NCBI GenBank assembly: GCA_013265495.1
Contig: MU058444.1
Coordinates: 806,001-870,000, forward strand
Direction of reading: 5' to 3'
Source of the DNA: Vicugna vicugna
Lineage: Eukaryota
Length of the DNA: 64,000 nt
The position numbers were made by a program, and so were the translations under genes. Under the pieces are notes generated by a model. The model searched no databases, was not told the origin of the DNA, and saw only the letters and a list, made by a program, of their open reading frames with translations. The first letter of the stretch is position 1, and every line of letters starts with the position of its first letter. This document shows, in pieces, positions 23,181 through 36,725 of the stretch.

Positions 23181-24629
23181 AAGATACACTATAGACTAAC
23201 AAAATAATTCTTAACAAATATGAAATTTTATACCATACTAAAAATACCTATTTGCATAAATAATGACACTCTAAGCGATATCTTAGTATATTTAAATCAA
23301 AAATTACTAAAAAAATTGCCAAATGATCCCTTACGGATGTAATTATGCAAAAGAGCTTAATTTGACCACACTTTGTGTATCTTCCAAACATTCCTTGAGG
23401 GGATTTTAAAAGAAAGTGAATGGTGTAATTAACACTTGCTCCGTTTTATAGTTAAAAAAAAAAAACTTTCTTGGGAAAACATGTTAACACAAATTCATCT
23501 ATCCCAAAATGCAGTGCTTTTTCTTTGGTTATATTATGACACAGGACTTGAAGATTCCTTTTCCATCCCCTCCCCTATGAAAACAATTGGAAAGGATTTT
23601 GAAAGCTAGTAATAGACTATGCTATTAACAATGTTCTAGAGGCTTTTTTTTTTTTAAGAAGAACGCAAATGGAATAGGAATTTCAGCATCTCATTGTGAA
23701 TAGACTTTGTTAACCAGTCAGGAACATACTATATCTAGCACAGCAATTTAATGACTAATTCAAGCAATACCATACACAATAGGAGAGATCATTGTTGCCA
23801 AATGCTTCTTTTATTCAATGGAAAATTTTGTGTCCTTTCTCTTAGATCTACAAGCCTGCTTTGCCTGGAGGATATGGGAGAGGAGGGAGCAACAGTAATT
23901 GTTAATTTGTAACACTGGTGTTCAGTGACCACTGTGCCTTTTCCCCTCTAATCCTCCTTGGCGGGGTGAGAGGGGGCGAGGATGGCCGGAAATTGGTGTT
24001 ATATATAACTTCTTCAAGGGCACAGACTTCTTACTTCTGCCGGTAACACACTTACTAGTTAGGCGTGAGTCAGTGACATGAGTTATAATAAGGACATGAT
24101 CAGATTTATTGTTGTGGCTACTGCGTCCTTGTTCTAAATCATAAGAAAAAATATGTCTTATCATTTCAATACAGAATTAAGAATTCAAACAGTTTAAATA
24201 TACTTGAAACTTTTAACAGCAGACATCAAAATGTTAAGAAGTATATACTTATTATTTTGGTTTTAAAAATTGAGTCTCAAGTCACTAGTTTTAACAAATG
24301 ATCTGTTGATTTAATGCAGAGGTAGGTCACCACAGGATTTAAGAAGTGAGTCGCAGCCCCGTTACTTATTAATTGGGTGAACTCCAGCAAAATTTCTTAA
24401 CCTCTTTAAACCATAACAGTCTCAAATTTAAAATACTGTTACTAAAAATAACCACCTAATACAATGATTGCTATTAAAAATTTACCTTACAATGTCTATT
24501 TGAGGCATTAGCACAATGTTGAACACAATGTCACATCTCAATAATTTCTAAAAACATGACTGTAAATTTTATTACACTATTATTATTATTACTATTATAT
24601 TATTTAATTTACTTTTTCCTATTTTCTTT

Positions 24630-25995
24630 CATTTTTTTCTTTTTATTGAAGTATAGTTGATGTAAAATATTACATAAGTTACGTACAAACGATGTTAGAC
24701 ATTTTTGTCTGAAACCACGGTGGCCAGGATGAAGTGGCACAGATTTTTTCAAGTGCTGAAAGTAGGGTTCCCCCATATACCCTCTCAGTTCACCCCTCTT
24801 ATTAACATCTTGCATTAATGTGGTACATTTGTTACAGTTTATAAACCAATACTGACAGAGTATTTATTACTAACCAAAGTTCATAGCATAAGTGTTGGCT
24901 CTTTGTATTGTTCATCTGTGGGTTCTGGCAAATGTATGATGTGTATCCACCATCACAGTACCATCCAGGACCGTTTCACTGTCCTAAAAATCCTCCGTGC
25001 TTCACCTGTCATCCCTCTTTCTTGCCCCACAAACGCCAAGCAGCCACTGATCTTTTACTGTCTTGAGAATTTTTGCCTTTCCAGAATATCATACAAGTAG
25101 AATCACGCAGCAGGTAGTTTTTTCAGATTGCCTTCTTTCTCCTAGCAATATGCTTTGAAGATTTCTCCATGTCTTTCTGTGGCTTGCTAACTCATATTTT
25201 AAAATCATATTTCATGGCATGGATGGACCATCGTTTGTTTATCTGTTTACCTCCTGAAGGATATTTCCTATTTTTTGCCCATTTTTTAATTGGGTCTTTT
25301 GTTTTCTTATTGTTGAGTTTTAAGAGTTTTTGGTGCATTTTGGATTACAGTTCTTTTATCAGATGTATCTTTGCGAATCTTTTCTCCCAGTCTGTGGCTT
25401 GTCTTATTCTCTTAACAGTCTCTTCCACACAGCATGCATTTTTAATTTCAATTAAGTCCAACCTATATTTTTTTCTTTCATGATGCATACTTTTGCTGTT
25501 GTATCTAAAAACTCATTGCCAAATTCAGGGTCACCTAGATGTTACGTGTTATGACACGCTATAATTAAGGAGTTTCATAATTTTGTAATTTACATTTAGG
25601 TCTATGCTCTATCTTGAAAGAATTTTTGTGAAAGGTGTAAAGTCTGTGTCTAGATTTATTATTTTTTTGCATGTGGATGTCCAGTTGCTGCAGTACCATT
25701 TGTTTAAAAAAAAATCCTTTCTCCATTGAATTCTTTTCTCCTTTGTCAAAGATCAGTTAACTGTATTTGTGTGGGTTTATTTCCGAGTTCTCTATTCCAT
25801 TTCATGGGAGTGCACGGCTGTTCTTTTGCTGTTCTGATCACTGTAGCTTTATATAATGTCTTGAGAGCCAGGAGCATCCGTCCTCTGTCTTTGTTCTGTT
25901 CCTTCACCGTTGTGTTAGTTGTCCTAGGTCTTCTGCTTTTCATGAAAACTTTAGAAATCATTTTGTCAATAAACACAAAATAACTTGCTATAATC
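24630..25995 (-). mobile_element. L1MC-like 3'UTR/ORF2 fragment preceded by a short younger L1 3' end
   Basis: ttttattgaagtatagttga, then attaacatcttgcattaatgtggtacatttgttacag. Minus translation ALKTLYKATVIRTA..MKWNRELG matches L1 ORF2 YYKATVIKT..DQWNRIE. Confidence 0.88.
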
Positions 25996-28803
25996 TGTTA
26001 TGTTTTTGGAATATTTTTATTACTTGGATTTTATTTTCCTTTTTAAAATATCTTCATATTTAAAACTACAGGAACATAAAGAGCCAAATTATTTTTCCCA
26101 ACGGAGGATTAATTTTAATTTTTAACAGTTCAGCTTTTGTATGAAGGGCACAATTCAGTTTGAACATCCATTAAATACACTGCCTAATAATTTATTTTCT
26201 ATTACTGTTAAGTCCAAAATAAAGTTCTGGGGGGCTTTTGTTTGTTTGTTTTTAATTTTGCTTTAGTTTAGGGATCTCGGTCTTGAAAGAGGGTCCCACT
26301 TGAAGAGAAAGATACACAGAAAAACAAAAAGCAACAAAATACATTCACAGTAGGAAATAGTAAAACAGCAGAGGTGGAAAGCAGACTTTAAAATACTTGT
26401 AGTGTCTTTGATTTATTTGACTGCAAATTAAATTTGTTTACTTTCATAAATACTGATCAATTTATATACAAATTTGCAACATTTTTATTAATCAGGACAG
26501 AAAGGAAAGGTGTACTAAAATATTCACAGGGTCATAAAAAAGTTGGACAGACTGTTAAACCCAATATATCTATAAAGTTTTTACACAATATCTGCCTTGT
26601 AAGACGGATTATGGGAAAAATTTACTGTGTGTATATTTCTTGTGTATGGCTTTTTATCAGTCTTAGATGAATTACTGCAACAAAAATCACTCTTACAAAA
26701 AGAAATCTAAAAAATCTATATTCCAGGTCATTTATTCAAGGCAATATTTGATACAGTAAAGTATTTCTGTAGATTCTGGATTGCCTGAGAAGTGCACTGT
26801 GATGTACAGAGTGTTTTACCTGCGCTGGAAATGACTATATTTAGGTGAATTCATTTGTGAAATTCATACTTAGCTGCCTTCTTTTTTTTTAGGTTGATAA
26901 TAATAATAGTAATATATGAACACATTAATTATATATGTGTATGTGTGTGTATATATGTGTGTATATACATACTGACTTCAGGCTCGGCCCCCTTTCCTCC
27001 CAGCACTCTCTTATCTCCCATTGGAAGAAGAGAAACTTTAAATAACCCGACCCAGTTCAGACTAGTCAGCCGCTGTCAGGATTGAATCCAAGCAAAGGTG
27101 GTTCCAAGCGGAATGTTCATCCAGAGATGAAACAACAATGAGTTCTTTGCAGATGAAATTTGCAGGCAGAAAGCTGCTCACAGTTTCCATATATCTTTAA
27201 AACTGAAAAGTGCGGGGGTATATCTGGCACTTTGTTTACTGGGATTCCTCTTAATTTGTGCATTACTGTATAAACAATGTCATAGGCTGTGAATGAAATC
27301 AGGAACCTTTTAAGCTGGGGAGAATTCAGAAAGACAGTATTCCGTATCAGTGATAAACAGATGCCTTTCTTGGTGGATATTTATTTATGCTAGCGACACT
27401 GTCTACAGAGGACTTTCTACCATCGTTGTGACTGGCTGTGCATTGAGTTTCAAACACAATGTGACTGAAAGCCCCCAAGAATGTTTCTTTTGGAAAAAGA
27501 TCAACTCCAAAGCAACTCTCTCTGATGTCACGGGAACCCTGGAATCATGGTCAGGCAGCATCTTTAGTGACCAATTCCCACATTATCAGGAAGACGGGAT
27601 GCCATACAGATACAGCTTCTGAAAAGTCAGACTTGTTCAGTCTTACCTTTTACATGTCAAAGATAGCACTTTATAATGTGCCTGCTTCAGATCCTTAAAT
27701 CTTTCATGAAATCAGCTGTTCTTTGGAATTGGTACCTTGAGAGATTTTTGTTTGTTTTTTTAGGTGCTACATTGTGCCTGGCTATTCTCTTCCTATAAGG
27801 CGTGTGATCGTTTTTTGGTTTGTTTTGTTTTGTCTTCCTGTACACTTATTTAGCTTGAATTCCTCTAGGTCCTTTTACTTTTCTGGTGACTCATATACAA
27901 AGGATGTTAACGTCCTACTGCTGAGCATTCCCGTAAAAGCAGAATGAATTCCCCAGTAAACCCGAGCTTACACTCAAGAGACAGATTAGTCTTTCATCAT
28001 CTTCTGATAGGACAGGGAGCCAACATCAAGGCAGCTTTTGACAAGCTTTCCTGATAAACAAGGAGGACCCGCTTTCACACCAGACTCTCCCGCAGCCCCA
28101 GTGCGCCTTTCTCTGATGCAGGCGCCCCTCCTTCATGCCCCTTGATCTGGTCCTGGCCATCCCAGTCCTGGGAGAACTTCAGCCTCCGTTTCCTCTACTT
28201 TTGCTCCGTCCCTTATCCCTATTAGATCAAATGCAGAAATGACTGGCCAAACTTCAGCGGGTCCTTTCCACTCCTGTGCAATTATTTCATAGATGACTTG
28301 GATGATTCTTCAGTGAAGACACGACAGTGATTACCCAGACCTTCTTTTTCAAATCTCTCTCCTACTCCCCCACGTTAGTCCCCTGTCCCAGCTAATGGCT
28401 CTGAAATCCACCTGCCGTGAGCTCCCATATTTCCCTACCTTATTTATAGTAAAACTACTTTATTCCTCTCTCACTTCTGAAATAACTTGTCACCATTCCT
28501 TCTGTTTTCATTAGTAAATTTCCTTTTAGCTTGCAGACACCTCTTGTTTAATCACCGTAAAAACCCTCGGTTAACGTGGCTTCCTTGTCTAGTTATCCAT
28601 CTTGTTTCATTCTTATTAACAGTGTCCTAAACGTGTAGACAGAAGAGCTGGCTGGAGCTGGACCAATGGTCCCAAGTTTGACAGACAAGTGAAAGAACTT
28701 GTGCCTCCACTGTATTATCTAAGAGTCTCGATATATTTCCAAATATAAGGAAAATGACCCAGTCCCTTGCTCTGTCTACATTTAACAATTATGTTTTTGG
28801 AAA

Positions 28804-28912
28804 ATTTTTTTTGGTGGGGAGGTGATTAGGTTTTTTAATTAATTTATTTTTTAATGGAGGTGCTGGGGATTGAACTCAGGACCTTGTGCATGCTAGGCAC
28901 ACAGTCTACCAC
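28804..28912 (-). mobile_element. Vic-1-like SINE with eroded 5' head
   Basis: ggggaggtgattaggttt...ggaggtgctggggattgaactcaggaccttgtgcatgctaggc. Confidence 0.88.
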
Positions 28913-31219
28913 CCACTCTATCTAGCATTTTTAATAATCCTTTAGTTGGGACCATGTTTGTTCATCTCAACTATTGGATTGTAAATGCTTTGAGACTATG
29001 AGCCAAAATATCTTCTTCCTTCTCTTCTTCTTGGTCTTTGTACTCACCAACCTCCCTGGTTCCTAACAGGCATTAGATGATGCTGACTAATCCATTAATT
29101 GACATCCAAATGCTTTAAAACCTTTACTTTCTTGGAGAGTGTGACTGCTGATCAGGAAAAAATGACTCTCCCAGGAGCAAGACCTGAACCGACTCTAGCC
29201 AAATGGTATGGCGGTCAGGTGGTGAATTCCTTTTCTCTTGGGCGGAAGAAAGGACCTTTGCTCCCACGTATAAGTAAACTGCAAAACAATCTTGAGGTCG
29301 CTGAACCATGGTGTCACAGAGAACCACTAAAGCCAGTTCCAGAGTGGAAATACTTTATTAGCCAATAGGAATTTTAAGTACTGTGACACTTGCCCCAAAA
29401 GCTGCTCATGTCCCTTCCTTTTCGAAAGGGGCTTTATTGTAATCATTTAAACATGCATCATAAGCAATAAAACCCTCATACCTTTTTTTTTAATCAAAAT
29501 AAATTTGTTAAAAGTATTCAAAGGCCACTTCAAAGTCTAGCTGCCATCAGGACAGTGTTGGGCACTCCTAATGGACATCGTCCTTTTCTACACAACAGCA
29601 CTCATTCTATCAGACACGCCATTTGGCAATTCAAACAGAGACGCTTTCAGGTTTAGAGTTATGTGAGGCAACAGTACTGAGCGGAATTAAACAGTCATTT
29701 TATTTCTCAACGGGTAGACGTCTTTATTTATAAAAATGAAATCCAGTAAATATCTTAACATTGATTACGCATTTGCTTATCATCCACTGATGGTGACTAG
29801 GACACAGTATTAGATCTCTGGGGAGCACTTGACCTACATCAGACAGAGACAAAAAATATACGAAGGAGGTTGAAGCAGTGACGTGGTGCCAGTGCCCTGG
29901 GACTTTGTCATCAGCGTCAGTCAGTCACTTCTCTCTCTCCTTAGAGAACGTGGGTCTTGTTCAGGTTCTCAGAGCTGCAACAGAGACCCGATCTTCCAAA
30001 GTGGGAAACTTTTGCCAGTGAAAGTGACAAAAGACTTCAACTAAAACTTCCCTGGGCGAGCTGCCCTGCAGTGTAAGCATCACTGGTATAAAACGTAGGG
30101 AACCAGGGACATGCTGAGAACCTAGGAGCTTGTTGACACCTGTCTCATCTCTGGTTGTAAATTTAAAGGTAAAATACTCAAAACAAATACATGACAAAAG
30201 GAATTAAATTCTAGTCCTTCCTAGGCAGTTTCTGGCATGCAGTCAACCAGAGAGGCCCAGTAGCTGAATACCTTGGAACAGACCACTGTTCTGCTCTGCC
30301 AACATGGACCTTGTTAATGCGGCTCTTCACAATTATGGGGGATTTATTCTTGTGCTCAATGTATATTTTTAAATATCTGCTATAAGCCAGACACTGAGAG
30401 ATATCCTAGAAATATTTTCAAATCTGACAGGATCTGTGTTCTTGGAGATTTACAAGGAAGCAGAATATGAGATAGGCCATTCTTCGGTTTCAGAACAGAA
30501 CACTGATATATAAACATGCATCTAAAAATTGTCATTTGTTTCAAATTATCCATGTAGTCATTTGCATGGAAAATTGATCAGAGAGATGGAGGAAGAGAAC
30601 ATCAATTAGATGTAAAGCTACATCTGTTAGGTACAACTTAAAATCGTCAAAATCTTAATTTATCAATTTTTTTTGTATTATTTAAACTATGTCTTTCTAG
30701 GAAATCCAAGGTCGGACACTGTCAAAGCAGAATTGCCTCACCTGTCAGTCCAAGGCACTCAACTCAATGAGAAAATCTGCTGACTGTCTTCCCATGTTCA
30801 TCAACCAATCAGTCAATCATCAGTCAATCAATCATGAATCAAATGAAGAGTATTTGTGGAGTGCATGCAAGGTAAGTAAAACTTGGACACTCTCTTTTTT
30901 CATTGGCGCCACTGGAGGTCTTTGAATTTTCCGAACAGAAAGTAACTAGGATGGAACCCTTTCTTGGAATGTCAGCCCTCATTAAACAAAAGTTGTCTAA
31001 GAGCTGGAAAGGTCCGCTTCACTACAACCTCAATCTTAATAGTCACCTGGTAGTCTCCTTGACATTGACTTACCCTAGGAAGACTCCAAGTCATTGATAA
31101 CATGTTTCACATATTCCAGGTTTTTGCTGAGAGCTTTATAACCAGTGATGCTGGATCCACCTTACCATGAAAATGCTAATTAGGAAATGAAAGCTTAAGA
31201 AGCCCAGCCTGTCAGCATA

Positions 31220-31302
31220 GTCACGTGACATCACGACGTCACAAACGAGCAGCTGAGCTTTGGGACTTCCGGCCCACACCCTGGTGGACCCACGATGAGT
31301 CA
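31220..31302. promoter_or_regulatory. Candidate enhancer/promoter: dense motif cluster
   Basis: GTCACGTGAC, GACGTCA, CAGCTG, GGGACTTCC overlapping ACTTCCGG, CCCACACCC and TGAGTCA within 83 bp, with six CpGs. Function is inferred. Confidence 0.55.
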
Positions 31303-32365
31303 GGCAGGAGGGCTATTTCTCAGTCACTTAGCCAAAACGTTGTTTCCTTCATTGCTGAATGTTCCTGAAGAGTATGCTTCTCATATGTATCGTTGATGGT
31401 TCACATTAATAAAGTTCACTTCAAAAATTTACATTCCTAAGAGGAACCTTGTATTAATCAATGTTTGATTGGATTTGAAGGACTGTATTTTTTTTCTCTT
31501 AAATATATACAGTAATTGAAAGTAATAATATTAGTCCAAGAAAGACCAATACCCCTTCCTTAAAATTGTGGATAACAGTAAAAGTAAACTTGGCTTATAA
31601 GAAGATGTAAAGGCTCATTTGAGTTAAAATGTGTCATTAGACTCTGGAAATATATTATTCTGGAAGATGAGGTCAAAGGATCATTACAGAGACAGGTAAT
31701 GGCCAACTTAATACTGGGCAAGGCCAGTGCATTCAAGTTCTCCACTGATCTCACATGCAGAGATGAATCCTCTCCACGGGCATTCTTACCCTGACTTACC
31801 AATGGGTTTATATCTATTAGTTATTCAAAGAAACCATTATGACTGTGAAGATTATATTTAAGTTCTTCTAATTCTGCTGCTCTCCTTGGTCTTTCTGTAG
31901 GACTAAAGGGATAAGCCAATGAAGTCTGTCTTTGTTAAAAGGACGTTCATAATAATACAGCGTGGCCTTATGAGTGCATGGGGATTAGTTATAAGTACTT
32001 GTCTTAAAGTGCACATAATATTTCAAATCAAGGAGGCTAGACCTTCATGTAATTTAGAAACCACAGGGAAAGTGCTAGGTATCTGTGTATTTATTTATAT
32101 ACAATATTCATATATAATTATTAAGATCATTGTCTTCTACTCCGGCTTACTTGACAAGAGACTAAGAGGAAATCTGTCCTACCACACGTTTTGCAAAATA
32201 TTAAAGCCGGAAAGTTCCAACACTGAAGCCAGCTCTACCCTTGGTTCCTTTCGCCGGCTTCCTTCACATCATCAGCATTGCTGAGATATGCTCTTGTTTC
32301 TGTGTTTACTATCAAACATCCTGAGACTAAGTCACTGTAGGTGGACCCTTGGCAGGGGCTGGATC

Positions 32366-32533
32366 CAGTCTGTCTTTGTATCTGTAGGTTCTGAATCTGC
32401 AGATTCAACCAAGCACTGATGGTGCAGACCTGCAGATAACCGAGGGTGTCCTATGGGACTTGAGCATCCGCAAACTTTGGTATCTGTGGCGGGTCCCGGA
32501 ACCAATCCCCTGCAGATGCGGAGGGAGGACTGA
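32366..32533. mobile_element. TcMar-Tigger MITE (MER8/Tigger3-like)
   Basis: Termini cagtctgtctttgtatctg.../...cagatgcggagggaggactg are inverted repeats. Internal ggacttgagcatccgcaaactttggtatctg...ggaaccaatcccctgcagat. Confidence 0.8.
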
Positions 32534-33309
32534 ACATTGTTTGATCTGAGAGGGTTAAGTCCTGCTGCCAGAAATACCTCTACAGTAGCAGAATTGCTAG
32601 CATTCAGGTCACCCATTTGGATCAAGCACTGCTTCCAACTGGCTGCTAATAAAAGGCATGCAGGTTGGAACGGGGAGATGGAGGGGTTCTGGAGAAAGGG
32701 CTCTCATTAGCACACTTGGAGCACAACTTTGAAAGAAGAGCAGAGCTCTGTGACTGAGACGCAGGAGGACAGTTGGATGGCCCAGTACACAGAACCGTAT
32801 TTGTAGAAGGCTAGAGACACCGTAGAGCTCGGCCATGCCGGCAGGAGGGTAACCTGGAGATTATGGGAGGGAGACAGAGCCAGCCATTCAGAGAGGGCAC
32901 TGGAAAGGGAATTCCTTCGAAAATCACCAGAGAATTATGGCCAACTCACAATCCCATATCTGTGTCAAATTCCCACTTTCCAAAGGGTGTAGATCTCATC
33001 TGGAGGCAATCCCTTAATTAGAATGGGGGTGATTAAATTCTAACAAAGAAAGAGGGACATTTGAATAGGAATCGGTGGGAACTGACATTGAGGCGCTAAT
33101 GTCACCGTGTCCCCTGAGTTCGTTCAGGCTTTTAAAATAGCCTTGACTTTTGCATACTTCAACTTCATATGTAAGTATCAACATGAGGCTGATTTGCTTG
33201 GAACTACTACTGTACGAGTTAAACATGATGTTTGCCAAGCATAGCGAAGTGAAAGAATAATACAAGTCAGTGCGTGAGTCAGGGCCAAGCAGATGTAGAA
33301 GTAAGGTGA

Positions 33310-33520
33310 CCTGGGCTTAAGGAATCAGGTAGACCAGAGGCTGAATCCTAATTCCACCCCTCAGTAGCTTTGTCAATATCCGCAAGTTGTTTAGCCTGTT
33401 TGAGTCTCAGTTTCCTTGTCTGTAAAACAGGTAAAATTGGATCTACTCGCAGGGTCAAAATACCTATGAATTGCCCAGAAGAGTGCTCAGTAAAATGGCA
33501 ACTGTTCTTAAATAATGGAA
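33310..33520. mobile_element. MIR
   Basis: caagttgtttagcctgtttgagtctcagtttccttgtctgtaaaacaggtaaaatt is the MIR core. Confidence 0.75.
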
Positions 33521-34205
33521 ACAATATTGATACTATAAAATAATATTGATAATATTTAATCGTCATAATAATGGATTATTATTTTTGTTGCAACTGCCAC
33601 TATAGACAGTAGAGGCAACAGGTGTTGCAAGAAAGTATAAAGTTCTGGGAACTTCCGCACTCTGGGACACTTTCACAAAAAACACAAGGTTTGTGCTGAC
33701 TTCTGAAGGTTGAGTGGGTTACATGTAAGCAGACAGGGTTCTGTGAACGGGGTTGGGTGGTGGGGAGCATCATTCCACTCAAGGGAGAGCGGTGTGAGTG
33801 TCGTGCAGACAGAAGCATCTCCGGTGTGATTGAGAGATGGGGAGCACACTGATGTCGTAAGGACTCCATTTTAGGGAGACCTGGGTAATAAAGGAGGAAA
33901 AGGTAAAGGGGGACCTAATTGAAGGTGATCTTGTGGATCTGCCAGCCCTTGGGCGTTTCTCTGTGGGTAACTGATAAATGGGCTGAATTATAAATAGTGA
34001 ACCAGTGTCAACCAGAAGAGAGATGCATGGTCAGAATCTGGAGGGTTGTCCCCATGGCTGACATTTTAAACAGGCCCTCAAGGACGTAGCCTACATAATT
34101 AGGCAAAGCGTCTCTCTGGAGCAAGAGAATGGAGAGTTTTCTATTCCTCACTAAGCAGACCACACTTGAAGTAGGGGGGCACGTCCTCAAAAGAGTGAAC
34201 ATAAT

Positions 34206-34338
34206 GACTTATCATAACCCAGAAGGGAAACGAATCTGGAGAAGATTATACATATATGCATACGTATAACTGAATCACATTGCTGTACACCTGAAACTAG
34301 AACAACACTGTAAACCAACTATACTTCAATTTAAAAAA
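34206..34338 (+). mobile_element. L1 3' terminal insertion with perfect 17-bp TSD
   Basis: aactgaatcacattgctgtacacctgaaactagaacaacactgtaaaccaactatacttcaattt and an A tail. aaaagagtgaacataat at 34189-34205 and 34339-34355. Confidence 0.93.
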
Positions 34339-34904
34339 AAAAGAGTGAACATAATAACTAAAAAGTTAGAAACTTTTGTCATTAATGAAAAAGTCTGGGT
34401 ACTGCCAAAGAAAAAGCTCATAGACACTTCTGATAGCTGAGTGAAGCCTTTTTTCTTTTTCTTCTTATAATCATATAGCAAAATGCAAGGGAGTCCAGCT
34501 TTGAGACTAAACAGGGTCTCAAAATAAAAAAGAGAAATATTTAAAATATTTTTACTGTATTATATAACATCAATATTCTATTCTATATTGACTATAGCTT
34601 ATGGTGTAGTGTATCATAGTACTTCAGCTCTGTGTTTATTCTTCAAATGACTATTTAAAGTTAAAACAAAAATCCAGTTAGACAATGTTTTAGTTGTTTT
34701 GATGTAGGCCAGGCATTCCTGTGTTTGGGAACAAGCAAGAGGAATTTTCTGGCAACATGGTCCAAAGCTATCTGAGTCTGTTTGTAAACTCTGTCCTTCA
34801 AGAATGCAAGGCATTTAGAAACGTGGATCTTTCTGATCTGTGGAATGTGACAAGCTCTCTGTCCTGCTAGGGATGAGCTAAGCCAATCGCAAAACATCAG
34901 TTTT

Positions 34905-35072
34905 ACATATTTTTTTAATTCTATATTTAGAAAAAGATTTTGGCGGGGGTGGGGGAGAAGGTAATTAGGTTTATTTGCTTATCTATTTATTTTAATGGCG
35001 GTCCTGGGGATGGAACCCAGGACCTTGTGCGCGCTAGGCACCCACTCCACCACTGAGCTAGACCCTTCCCCC
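34905..35072 (-). mobile_element. Vic-1-like SINE
   Basis: ggtaattaggttt...ggggatggaacccaggaccttgtgcgcgctaggcacccactccaccactgagctagacccttccccc. Confidence 0.9.
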
Positions 35073-35361
35073 AGTGCTGTATGTTTAGTTTGGGGCAAAG
35101 AACACTCAGGAAGACCATGTTAGCACATGTTCAAGTAATTAACAAGCAGTCATGTGGAAAAGGAGAAACTTACTCTTTGTGGTGTCACAGGGCAGAACTA
35201 GTTCTGTGGGTTAAAGATAAACAAAAGCCAATTTTACCTTTACCTGAGAAATATTTGATAGCGTTGGCTGAAAATAGCTTAGCTTACTTCATGAAGACAG
35301 AAATACTCAAGCGCTCTGTGGACGATCAGGAGTTCGTGAGGCAAGAAGATAACCATTAACT

Positions 35362-35500
35362 CAGGGATTTTCATTCAGTCTTTACATTACCATCCCTGAG
35401 GATTTTTTTAAAGCTACACTGACACCAGAATCCTACCCCAGATCAATTTACCAGAAACTCTGGTGGTAAAGCATGGAAGCAGCAGGGCTGTGAATCACTA
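35362..35500. mobile_element. hAT-Charlie MITE remnant (MER5A-like), internally deleted
   Basis: cagggattttca...cctaccccagatcaatttaccagaaactctgg...cagggctgtgaatcacta. Confidence 0.6.
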
Positions 35501-36489
35501 CATTAGCTGAGTCCCAATGGTCCCTACCCTGCCTGTGAAATTAATTAGGAGAGCGCCATGAAGAATGGTTGTCAGCATGGCCAGTCTTGGGATGGTATGT
35601 GGAATGGATTGAGGATAGTCCAGTTTAGAAGCAAGCAAGACAAGGAGGGGCTGCGATGAGACCAGCTGCGAGGTAATAAAACTTCTACAATAAACATTCA
35701 GTGCTTTTATAATCAGAAAAGCAAGTTATTTTGAATTAGCAATAATATTTTTTAAAAAATGAAAATTTGAGAGTTTTCCAGCCTCATATTCAGCCCCTCC
35801 TGTGCCCCAGCTCTACCCCCCATATATGTATATATATTTCTCTTCAGGCTGCTATCAATTTCCTCAGGTTTCCAGGAACATGTTAAATAGTGACCTATCT
35901 GCACAATTTTCAGTCCTTGAGGACTTGAAATCAATCTGTTAGAATAACTTTCCTCTCTTCTTTGCTGAGTGAAATCACGCTTACCTCCAAGACCTTGCTC
36001 AAGCATCCCCTCCTCAGATTTTTCTGAATTCCTCCCAATTCATTCTCTATTCTATTTCTATAATATTTTGAACATTGTCCAAAAGCTGCATTTATCACGT
36101 TGCATTTTAGTTACTTTTGGTTATGTTCTCTCCCTAAATTTTTCTGCCGGCTCCTCTGAGCAGTGGAGAGATTTAAAAGGTGGAATCGAAACTCAGCTCT
36201 CACCTGGACAGAGGCTACACTACTTCGAAAATAATATTAATGTGGCCTTATTCATTTCTACCGGTTGGTAAGGAGACGCTTACATACATACAGTAAATTC
36301 TACTGAACATACAATGGTTATCAATCTCTAGTGCTTCCCTGTAAGAACCCAAGAAAGGTCCCACCTAAAGTGATAGTCACGGCCAACACAATGTTCCAGA
36401 CGTCTCATATAATTCTTGTTCTGTGCCGCTCGGGCTATTCAAGGTATGTCAGTGCTCTCTTTTCAGACCTTTATGTCTGCATTTAAAAA

Positions 36490-36725
36490 TAGACTTATTC
36501 AAACTGATGGTTGTCGGAGGGGAAGGGAGGTAGGGAGCGATAAATTAGGAGTTTGGGATTAACAGGTACACACTACTGTATATAAAATAGATAAACAACA
36601 AGGAGCTACTGACTTTATTATTTTTGTAGCTTTTGTGGTAAGAGCACTTAACATGAGATCTGCCCTCTTGACACTGTTATTAACTACAGACAAAGTGTTA
36701 TAATGTACGTCTCTAGAACTGTTTT
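36490..36725. mobile_element. L1 3'UTR piece (+) abutting an older L1MA-like 3' end (-)
   Basis: gataaattaggagtttgggattaacaggtacacactactgtatataaaatagataaacaacaagg stops near 36612 with no tail, then tgtggtaagagcacttaacatgagatctgccctctt...tctctagaact follows. Confidence 0.75.

Noticed and set aside
33647..33656. Isolated perfect kB site GGGAACTTCC
   Set aside because: A single 10-mer within an L2-like relic; compatible with chance in 64 kb.
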